Origin: a virus | DNA length: 64,000 bases | Direction: 5' to 3' (one strand) | UHGV virus genome: UHGV-1373362 | In this document: positions 41,235-48,655 of the stretch, piece by piece | Position numbering within the stretch: position 1 is the stretch's first letter | Layout: every line of letters begins with the position of its first letter | Translations under genes and position numbers: made by a program | Notes under the pieces: model-generated | Told to the model about the DNA's origin: nothing | Databases searched by the model: none | What the model saw: the letters and a program-made list of their open reading frames with translations, nothing else

Positions 41235-42215
41235 TTAAATTTGTATAATTTGGTATGCATATGTCATAGGGTCTAAGAATGAAATAATAGTTGCTTCATT
41301 AACCTTATGAATAGTTTTGGTAATAGTCATAGACATACTAGTATCACCGATAGGAAATATTTTATTATATAGTGATCCCTCCATATAACATACATTCTCG
41401 TTGAACATGTTTCCTACAGAGTTCCACCTTAGGGTAGTATCATGGCAACCTCTGAGAAATGTATTACCCTTACAATCAGCTTCTAGTACATTGTTATAAG
41501 TATCTCCCAGAAAGATATTATTAGTACATCCTTGCTTTAATTCATTGTGCTTAGTATTGTGTAATTCCGAACTGTCAGTAATCACACCACTAGTTAGATC
41601 AGAAAATGTAAAGAAATCACCGTACGCAGCACCCAAACTAAGATTAGAGTCCTCTAGTTCTTCAGCTGTCCTTCTAAATCTAATGTTTTTAAAGTCATAG
41701 TAGGCTGAATTATCATTGTGATCTCTCATATAGGTAATTCTACCTTTATCAGTAATACCATCTTCTAATACAGTTTGAGTAGGATCATACTCTATTACCC
41801 AATCTTTCATTTTAGGATCATCTATAACTATTCTAGGATCAGTTCTTTCCTTGGTGATAGCAGTTACTATCAATTTCCAAATTGGAGAGGGATTAGTAGA
41901 GTTTGTAGTACCCCATGTAACCTTTTGTCCTGAACTATTAGTAACATTAGAAGAGTAAATAGTTTGATAATCAGTAATTACATACCTAGCACTAGTTACT
42001 AGGCCCTTCTTTTTTATCGTATCATTAAATACAGCATATGTAAGTTCAAGTGGTGCAGATTGCCCTCCCTCTCCGGTATAATCCACTATGCCTATATTCT
42101 TTCTTAATTGTTGTTGTTCTAGTTCAGTTAATCCCCCAAGTAGTTCCTTTTTCTTGAAATAGTTATTCAGGTCATGTATACACGCATAACGTCTTGAATC
42201 TCTCTCTATAGCCAT
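41235..42215 (-). CDS. Hypothetical virion protein, 326 aa.
   Basis: An ORF in the tiling. Confidence 0.55.
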   Translation of the reverse strand: MAIERDSRRYACIHDLNNYFKKKELLGGLTELEQQQLRKNIGIVDYTGEGGQSAPLELTYAVFNDTIKKKGLVTSARYVITDYQTIYSSNVTNSSGQKVTWGTTNSTNPSPIWKLIVTAITKERTDPRIVIDDPKMKDWVIEYDPTQTVLEDGITDKGRITYMRDHNDNSAYYDFKNIRFRRTAEELEDSNLSLGAAYGDFFTFSDLTSGVITDSSELHNTKHNELKQGCTNNIFLGDTYNNVLEADCKGNTFLRGCHDTTLRWNSVGNMFNENVCYMEGSLYNKIFPIGDTSMSMTITKTIHKVNEATIISFLDPMTYAYQIIQI

Positions 42216-42216
42216 A

Positions 42217-42402
42217 TTAATTATTAATTAGGAACTCATATATACCATCTATCTTATCAAAGTATTGACAGGTCTGAATAAAGGATATTTGGTGTAATAT
42301 CATACTGTAATCATCTATATATCCTTTATTCAGTCTTTTGAGAAATTTATTAAAATTCTCAATTACCTTTAGCTTTAGATTACCTATTGCATCCACAGCC
42401 AC
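42217..42402 (-). CDS. Small hypothetical protein, 61 aa.
   Basis: A short ORF filling a gap. It overlaps the upstream gene by 23 nt. Confidence 0.3.
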   Translation of the reverse strand: MAVDAIGNLKLKVIENFNKFLKRLNKGYIDDYSMILHQISFIQTCQYFDKIDGIYEFLINN

Positions 42403-43171
42403 CTCCTATAGTATCCTTATCAATCATAACATCCTTACAAATACCCCCACATTGAGTAATATCTTCTAATACTCTCTGGGCTTCATAATATTGTTTTAAC
42501 TCGATAAGGTACTTAATAACATTAATTGCCATCCAAATAATATCTCTATTGTATATCAGATTCTTGACATCATCAACCCTGTTTCTACATCTTCCAGGTA
42601 GATCAGTTAGTAGATTTTTACACAACCTATAGAAGCATTCATTAATGTGACATACACAGAATGTGTTCTTATCTCCCCTAATAATTGTAGTTGTCTTATC
42701 AGTGATAGACGCAGGAGGTAATGCATTTACAGCTAGAACCTCTTCTATTGTAACATCAACAGACTCACTATTCAAATATTTCTTAAACGTTTGGGTGACT
42801 GCATCATAATAGTACACAGAATTATATGCAGTCAATGCAGTTGGATCTCTATCCAATACGTAAGTTAACCATTCCTGAGTTGGGATTATAATATGAGAAA
42901 CTTCATATAATCCGTCAATTGGCAACTCAATGTCAGACTCATCTATACAGTCTATAGAGTGTTCTACAATCTCATAATCTTGAAGTGTTTCATCACCTGA
43001 AGATTTTATACTTGTTATAACATTAAGAGTAATAGTTTGGGAATATGCATAGTTACGAGTACTAACAATAATTTCACCGTCCTCACTTAGATACTCATCA
43101 TTATCCTTCTCTAACCCTGTTACTGTAATACCACAAGTACCCTTTTTACAGATTTTAAATATAGAATCCAT
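42380..43171 (-). CDS. Hypothetical protein, 263 aa, with a Cys-rich C-terminus.
   Basis: An ORF whose C-terminus reads CGGICKDVMIDKDTIGGGCGCNR. Confidence 0.5.
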   Translation of the reverse strand: MDSIFKICKKGTCGITVTGLEKDNDEYLSEDGEIIVSTRNYAYSQTITLNVITSIKSSGDETLQDYEIVEHSIDCIDESDIELPIDGLYEVSHIIIPTQEWLTYVLDRDPTALTAYNSVYYYDAVTQTFKKYLNSESVDVTIEEVLAVNALPPASITDKTTTIIRGDKNTFCVCHINECFYRLCKNLLTDLPGRCRNRVDDVKNLIYNRDIIWMAINVIKYLIELKQYYEAQRVLEDITQCGGICKDVMIDKDTIGGGCGCNR

Positions 43172-43998
43172 TACTCAATTACAGTTACATATATTCCTAC
43201 CAAATCTTTTAGTGGGCTATAAACAGCTTGCCCCGAGTCTCTAGAGCACATGTATAACACCCCTTCCTGAGTATAATACTTACCAAGCTCTAGTTCCATA
43301 TTATTATTATATGGGATTGGATCTTCTCTAGTTCCAGCATGGGATTCACTAATTTCTTCATATAAAGCTGCTGTAGAAATACCTGGAGCTTGGTTTTCTA
43401 ATACCAAACTAATGTCCTGCTTTACCTTGTATAAGCATCCTTTATATGTTACTTTGTCTCCACTAGTTAGAGATCCTCCTATACAGCTCACCCATGTTGG
43501 ATACAAGGACTTACATGCCAAGGATTGTTCATCCGTAAGTGTAGCTGTTGTAACTAAAACTTTTAATAGATTAGCTATATCGTTTTGGGTTGGAAGTAAT
43601 TCTCCATTCATTTCAGGATCTACAATTCCAAAATCTTTTTTAACCTCAGATTTTATTATAGATACTAATCCCACGTACTCACGGTATTCAGAGCATATAT
43701 TAGAATCTTCTATAACCCCCATCTGATATGAATTATATTTATTCATTAATGCTAACTCTTCCTCAGCAGTTATATATTCTCGTATAATAGCTTGGATACA
43801 GGTATTACATTCAGGAACACCTCTTAGATGCACTTGTATATAGTTCCACCTAGTCTCCTCAGTTGATTCCCCAGATTCTATATCACTTGTTGTAACTACT
43901 CTGGATTTTATGTCATAATTATAGTAATATGTACCATTACCTAGCTTCTCTATTGTATTAGGCTGTACATTCATTTCTATTCTTCTTGGTTCTAACAT
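43171..43998 (-). CDS. Hypothetical protein, 275 aa.
   Basis: An ORF whose start overlaps the RT 3' end by 41 nt. An internal ATG at 43974 (residues MNVQPN) is an alternative start. Confidence 0.5.
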   Translation of the reverse strand: MLEPRRIEMNVQPNTIEKLGNGTYYYNYDIKSRVVTTSDIESGESTEETRWNYIQVHLRGVPECNTCIQAIIREYITAEEELALMNKYNSYQMGVIEDSNICSEYREYVGLVSIIKSEVKKDFGIVDPEMNGELLPTQNDIANLLKVLVTTATLTDEQSLACKSLYPTWVSCIGGSLTSGDKVTYKGCLYKVKQDISLVLENQAPGISTAALYEEISESHAGTREDPIPYNNNMELELGKYYTQEGVLYMCSRDSGQAVYSPLKDLVGIYVTVIE

Positions 43999-45193
43999 AC
44001 GGTTGTATTTTAAAATTCACAGGTAAAGAGTATCTACTAAGAGAGTATAGTAACTCTGAATTACGACTCTCGAAATAGTATGACTTCTTATTGTAAACAA
44101 AGTTAATTCTAAAACACTTACTATAATTAACCACATCCACAACGTGTACATACTTGTTGTAAAATCTAGAAATTGTAGTCTTCTTTCCATCCCAATTAGA
44201 GAAGTGCAATCCTGTCTCCTTTTGGATTTTACATAGTAAATTCTTAGAGTTACAGAACTTTAACCATCCAAAGTAAGACTGCATTCTCTTACGTAATTCG
44301 TCTTTACTTATTAATTTCCTTTTATATTTGTTTATTAATTTAAACAATCTAATTTTGATTGATTTTCTTAATAACACGTGGGTATGGTAGAATCTATATC
44401 CTACAAAGTCTATTCCCCTGCTTTCTACAGGGAATATTTGATAGTTTTGTTTCAACTTTAAATTTAAGACCTCTCTTAGATATATCTTTATCGCTATTAA
44501 GACATTTCTTAAGAAATTCTTATCACTGCTGAGAATTACAATATCATCAGCACACCTGAAATAGAATTTACATTTCAGTTCTTCCTTGACCCAATGATCA
44601 AAGTAGGCAAGGTATAGATTGGCAAAGAACTGAGATAAATAGTTACCAATAGGAACCCCATCCGCAGAATAAATAATCCCAATCAGTAAAACTAATAAAC
44701 TATTATCCTTAACCTTACGCTTAATTATTTCACATAATATATCGTGGTCAATAGAGGGATAAAACTTTTTTACATCTATTTTCAGACAATAAAACGTTTC
44801 ATCCGGATATTTTCTCAAGGCAGCCCTCAAATCATGGGCTACATTATGAATACCTCTGTCCTTAATGCAGGAATAGGTCTGCTTAATAAATATTTTAGTC
44901 CAGATGGATTCCATTATATTCATGATAGCATGATGTGTTATTCGGTCTGGATAATATGGTAGCCTAAATATTAGTCTTTCTTTAGGTTCATATATTGTGA
45001 ACGTACTATATTCCGAAGTTTCATAAACCAAGTCCCTTAGTTGTTCAGAAAGTTTTTGGTTCTCCCTCTCTTTATTTCTATCATGCTTTAAAATTCCCCA
45101 TCTAACTGATTTGTGCTTTCTAGCCTTATTATCTGCTTTCTCAATGTTCTCTATATCATACACCTGTTCATGTAAATATCCTATCCTTTTCAA
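43958..45193 (-). CDS. DGR-type reverse transcriptase.
   Basis: The RT motifs are present: YCLKIDVKKFYPSIDH for motif 2, GVPIGNYLSQFFANLYL for motif 4 (carrying the DGR-specific SQ in place of the group-II intron QG), FRCADDIVIL for the xADD catalytic box, and GIDFVGYRF in the thumb. The gene lies 142 nt downstream of a template repeat whose paired variable repeat shows adenine-specific mismatches. The start codon is a TTG at 45193. Confidence 0.9.
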   Translation of the reverse strand: MKRIGYLHEQVYDIENIEKADNKARKHKSVRWGILKHDRNKERENQKLSEQLRDLVYETSEYSTFTIYEPKERLIFRLPYYPDRITHHAIMNIMESIWTKIFIKQTYSCIKDRGIHNVAHDLRAALRKYPDETFYCLKIDVKKFYPSIDHDILCEIIKRKVKDNSLLVLLIGIIYSADGVPIGNYLSQFFANLYLAYFDHWVKEELKCKFYFRCADDIVILSSDKNFLRNVLIAIKIYLREVLNLKLKQNYQIFPVESRGIDFVGYRFYHTHVLLRKSIKIRLFKLINKYKRKLISKDELRKRMQSYFGWLKFCNSKNLLCKIQKETGLHFSNWDGKKTTISRFYNKYVHVVDVVNYSKCFRINFVYNKKSYYFESRNSELLYSLSRYSLPVNFKIQPYVRTKKNRNECTA

Positions 45194-45284
45194 AGTCTTA
45201 TATATTTAATTTGGAAGCTTTCGAGATTTAACCTACTAACACCCGTTTATCCTAAATACTACTATATTTTTTGCCAAGAGGCAG

Positions 45285-45296
45285 GGATACTGTTTA
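45285..45296. repeat. Left arm of a 12-bp perfect inverted repeat that brackets the DGR template repeat.
   Basis: GGATACTGTTTA at 45285-45296 is the reverse complement of TAAACAGTATCC at 45476-45487. Wobble pairs extend the stem to about 14 bp. Confidence 0.6.
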
Positions 45297-45335
45297 GACT
45301 GAATAAGTAAAAACTATCAAAATGAAATATATAAC

Positions 45336-45439
45336 AAACCTACATTAGCATTAGAATTGCTAACTCCATTATTAGAATTGAAGTAGCTAAGACTGGCATT
45401 ACTACCATTATTAGCGTTGCTACTAACGATGAGTGTTTT
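45336..45439 (-). repeat. DGR template repeat (TR), 104 bp, lying between the target gene and the RT.
   Basis: It aligns with 45543-45646 at an offset of 207. Of 104 positions, 74 are identical, and all 30 mismatches fall where the TR has T on the plus strand, which is A on the minus coding strand. The TR is rich in AAT/AAC (Asn) codons in the VR frame. Confidence 0.9.
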
Positions 45440-45475
45440 GTAGTAATCATCCTTGTCCTACAACTAATGTAAAAG

Positions 45476-45487
45476 TAAACAGTATCC
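45476..45487. repeat. Right arm of the 12-bp inverted repeat that brackets the TR.
   Basis: It is the reverse complement of 45285-45296. Confidence 0.6.
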
Positions 45488-45520
45488 TTAATCTTTATAC
45501 CTATAAATCTAGTATTGATT

Positions 45521-47581
45521 TTATATTTTATTTATCGTTCTGAAACCCACATGAGCAGTAGAAAGGCCAACCCCAGTACTAGAATAGAAGCAGCCAAGAC
45601 CGGCAAGACCACCATCATAAGCGCCGCCACCAACGATGAGCGTCCTCAATGCTGTGCTTGATGCATTACAGTAGTGGTAGTCACACATATATGTCGTAGT
45701 AGAGCCGCCCACCTTAGATGGAATGATCTCCCCTGTTTCACCCAGGTCAAAATCAGTAGTATAACCATCTGAAGCAATCTCGATCCCAGTTACAGACATT
45801 TTACCTTTAGCTACATTATCATCGCCAAACGCTGATGTGTCAATCGTAGTGTATACATTACTAGGCTGATTTGCAGTTGTTCTTTCTATAATTATTCCAT
45901 CTAAATTAGTCCAGATGTCTCCAAATGGATTATCAAATCCTCTCCATCTTGGAACTTTAAATGTCTTAGTAGCTACTGTTGTGGATTCGTTTACCACAGT
46001 TTCAGGAATTACTAAATCCTTAACACCAGTAAAGTTACCAAACTCATTGCAATATCCACATGGAGTTATTGGGTAATTCCCATTATAACTTGTCCAGATA
46101 TCCCAATTCCATGTAGTAACACCATCTCCTAAACCACCTTGATGATAACCTTCAGCAGTTAATTCAGCGTTATATGCAGCTTGAGAGTTAAGTGTTGCAT
46201 ATTCAATAACCCAAGCCCAGTAGAATATCCATTTGTAATACTCATAGCATAATAGTTCTGAGCCTGCATTAGCAGCATAAGTTCTCATGTTAGCTCTTGT
46301 AGTGTTGGTTCTAGGTTTTCCCAGATCACTTCTAAAGGCATCTGTACTCAGGTACGTATCGTTAGCAGTTCTATTACCTCCGCCTCTGAATTGAGCAGTA
46401 GTATTAACTACAGAAACAGCCTTATTGCCAGTCTGATTTACTGTACATCTATAGGCGTCCACTAACATCTCTGGAATTTCAATCCACGTATTATCTATTT
46501 TGACGGTAGACATTCGTACCCATTTCTTTACTCCACTAATTCCAGACTTACCATAAAACTTAGGTATGTGTACTCTTATTGAACCATCAGTTCCGTCAAG
46601 TACTGAATCCTCACCTGTAATCTTCTTACTCCAATCATTAGGATTTAAGTAGTAATTAATCATTGAACCATTAGCCACGCAACCCCTATATTGAGACTGC
46701 ACTGGTAGGGATTTATGTAATAGTGTGTTTCCAATTCTAGTTAATGTGGGGTCTGCCACAGTAGTATCCCATTCTACACCATAAGAATAAATATCTTCAT
46801 ATCCAGTATAGCTAGGAGTATCCTCCCACTTAGCAGTTCCATCACCGTTATTTACTAATATCTGACCTAAAGTACCTCCTGCTGGAATGTGCTTATTACC
46901 AGCTGTAGTGGGATGTATATAGTTGTTAGCTGACTCCTCAATAGAATCCAATTTAACTTTATCTAGCATTGATAACACACCTGCGGCTTCAGTAGTAGCA
47001 GCAGGTAATGAAGTAGTTAAGTTAGGAAATTGACTACTATAATTCCTTTCCAATGTTATAGTAACTGTACCTTGTAATGGATTGTTTCTAATAGCATTTA
47101 CACCAGTTATGCCCTCTAATTTGGTTTTATGCTCTGAAGTAAAGTCATTAGTACTCAGCTCCTTTCCTTCAATTTTATCAACTTTACCTGCTAAAGAGGA
47201 TTTAATATCTGTGTCATCGTAATTCTCTAAAGAATCTAATTTAATCTTTTCCTCACTAGTTACAAATTTATGAGTATCATCTTCTACTATGATAGAGGCA
47301 GGGTGAGTATCTGGATGGGTGTAATTGTTAGCCCCCTCAGCTATGCCATCCAATTTAGATTTAAGTTCAGTAGTAAAATTCTCATCACTAAGTACTTTAC
47401 TACCTTCTTTATCAACTTTACCTGCTAGGGCATTTGTTAATTCCTCTTGAGTAATTACATCACCCTTTATGTCTGATACAGTAGTAGTTTTATTTGTCCC
47501 ATTCTGAACTATGGGAATCAGCTCGTCACCATTAAGTGATTCTGCCAGTGGCATTTGGGAAATTTTTACATCCGTAACCAT
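45521..47581 (-). CDS. DGR target protein: a fibre-like receptor-binding protein of 686 aa with a C-terminal variable region.
   Basis: The ORF has an ATG start. Its N-terminal roughly 40 aa are paralogous to the 125-aa protein at 48278-48655. It carries two copies of the LAGKVDKxxGKxLSxxxFTxExKxKLxGI repeat shared with the 946-aa fibre. The VR sits in its last 35 codons. Confidence 0.85.
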   Translation of the reverse strand: MVTDVKISQMPLAESLNGDELIPIVQNGTNKTTTVSDIKGDVITQEELTNALAGKVDKEGSKVLSDENFTTELKSKLDGIAEGANNYTHPDTHPASIIVEDDTHKFVTSEEKIKLDSLENYDDTDIKSSLAGKVDKIEGKELSTNDFTSEHKTKLEGITGVNAIRNNPLQGTVTITLERNYSSQFPNLTTSLPAATTEAAGVLSMLDKVKLDSIEESANNYIHPTTAGNKHIPAGGTLGQILVNNGDGTAKWEDTPSYTGYEDIYSYGVEWDTTVADPTLTRIGNTLLHKSLPVQSQYRGCVANGSMINYYLNPNDWSKKITGEDSVLDGTDGSIRVHIPKFYGKSGISGVKKWVRMSTVKIDNTWIEIPEMLVDAYRCTVNQTGNKAVSVVNTTAQFRGGGNRTANDTYLSTDAFRSDLGKPRTNTTRANMRTYAANAGSELLCYEYYKWIFYWAWVIEYATLNSQAAYNAELTAEGYHQGGLGDGVTTWNWDIWTSYNGNYPITPCGYCNEFGNFTGVKDLVIPETVVNESTTVATKTFKVPRWRGFDNPFGDIWTNLDGIIIERTTANQPSNVYTTIDTSAFGDDNVAKGKMSVTGIEIASDGYTTDFDLGETGEIIPSKVGGSTTTYMCDYHYCNASSTALRTLIVGGGAYDGGLAGLGCFYSSTGVGLSTAHVGFRTINKI
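45543..45646 (-). repeat. DGR variable repeat (VR), covering the last 35 or so codons of the target gene.
   Basis: It is the counterpart of the TR. All differences map to TR adenines. It encodes the C-terminal residues TLIVGGGAYDGGLAGLGCFYSSTGVGLSTAHVGF and ends about 20 nt before the stop codon. Confidence 0.9.
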
Positions 47582-47584
47582 TAC

Positions 47585-48016
47585 TCAAATAAAATTAAAT
47601 TTCCTGTTTCTGTAATCATAATCTTTAATCATAATCTTTTCACTCTCAGTTAACAGAGTGCCTAAATCTCTTATTATTAAGTTACCATCTTCAGTAAGTA
47701 TGTTTACACCAACTTCAGCAAGGATATTTCTAGTAGCATCAGTAAGATATATATCTCCATCTTCTAGTTTCCAATGGTCTATAAAGACTGAGTTATGCCC
47801 CTTCCGAATAACCTCTAAAGTGTAACTACTGCCGTCAAATCCCTTCAGTGTCACCTGACCGTTGGCATCAGTGACATACTCTTTACCTCCAAAAACTACT
47901 ATTGCCCCTATTAATGGTTCTCCAGAGTCTTTGTCTAGTATTCTAACTACAACTGATACAATTCTTTTTAAATTAGCTCTACCAATGTAGTTACCAATGC
48001 CAATATAAATTCCCAT
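47585..48016 (-). CDS. Small protein of 143 aa with a carboxypeptidase-regulatory-like or transthyretin-like beta-sandwich motif.
   Basis: The segment RILDKDSGEPLIGAIVVFGGKEYVTDANGQVTL matches the CarboxypepD_reg signature V.D..g.Pl.gA.V......tTdanG.f. Confidence 0.5.
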   Translation of the reverse strand: MGIYIGIGNYIGRANLKRIVSVVVRILDKDSGEPLIGAIVVFGGKEYVTDANGQVTLKGFDGSSYTLEVIRKGHNSVFIDHWKLEDGDIYLTDATRNILAEVGVNILTEDGNLIIRDLGTLLTESEKIMIKDYDYRNRKFNFI

Positions 48017-48017
48017 T

Positions 48018-48281
48018 TTAATTACCTACTTGCAATGAGTTAGCAGGAACACCCTTAATACCAACTATCAATTCAGGATTCCATCCTGGATATATTACTG
48101 TAGAAATATATTGCCCCTCTGAATCTTTCAAAGTAACTTCAGCAGTTATATTTTCCTCAGTAATATTCTTTACCAGAACAGGTTTACTTCCAGTAGGTAA
48201 TTCAAAGTTACCAGCAGGTAAGAGTTTTAATTTACTTACTTGTAGGGAAGTTGGCCTCTCATTTTGATTTAAATTTATCAT
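48018..48281 (-). CDS. Hypothetical protein, 87 aa.
   Basis: An ORF in the tiling with 4-nt overlaps. Confidence 0.4.
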   Translation of the reverse strand: MINLNQNERPTSLQVSKLKLLPAGNFELPTGSKPVLVKNITEENITAEVTLKDSEGQYISTVIYPGWNPELIVGIKGVPANSLQVGN

Positions 48282-48655
48282 GTCGTCGGGTTTAACTGTG
48301 TTTCTAAGGCTGTAACTCTATCGGCTAATGCATTGTATGTTTCAAGAGTCACATAATTAGTTAAATCTACGGTAATCTGTTTATTCCCCAAGAACTCCCA
48401 GCCTTGACCTGTTAACCATATATATTCATCATATACATCATTAGCCCTAGAACTCTCGTTAGCAACTAAATATATCTTATTAACTATACCCTGTGCTGGT
48501 AAAGTTTGTACTATTTCAGTTCCTCCATTAGATAAATTACTAAGTAAATCCGAGATAGTAATAACCTTATTAACTCCATCCTGAATAATAGGTATCAACT
48601 CTGTGCCAGCAAAGGTAGTTACTACATCCATTTCAGATATTCGTTTACCAGCCAT
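48278..48655 (-). CDS. Small fibre-associated protein, 125 aa, that shares its N-terminal module with the DGR target.
   Basis: Its N-terminus MAGKRISEMDVVTTFAGTELIPIIQDGVNKVITISDLLS aligns with MVTDVKISQMPLAESLNGDELIPIVQNGTNKTTTVSDIKG of 45521-47581. Confidence 0.55.
   Translation of the reverse strand: MAGKRISEMDVVTTFAGTELIPIIQDGVNKVITISDLLSNLSNGGTEIVQTLPAQGIVNKIYLVANESSRANDVYDEYIWLTGQGWEFLGNKQITVDLTNYVTLETYNALADRVTALETQLNPTT

Noticed and set aside
42217-42402. The 61-aa ORF was considered as a possible Avd-like DGR accessory protein.
   Set aside because: It is too short, not basic or helical in the Avd manner, and lies 1.5 kb from the RT beyond two other genes.
45440-45542. Searched the 3' end of the VR and its downstream sequence for a GC-rich IMH element with a hairpin.
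   Set aside because: TR and VR still differ at adenines up to the homology boundary and the downstream sequence is AT-rich with no stem, so no IMH is claimed.
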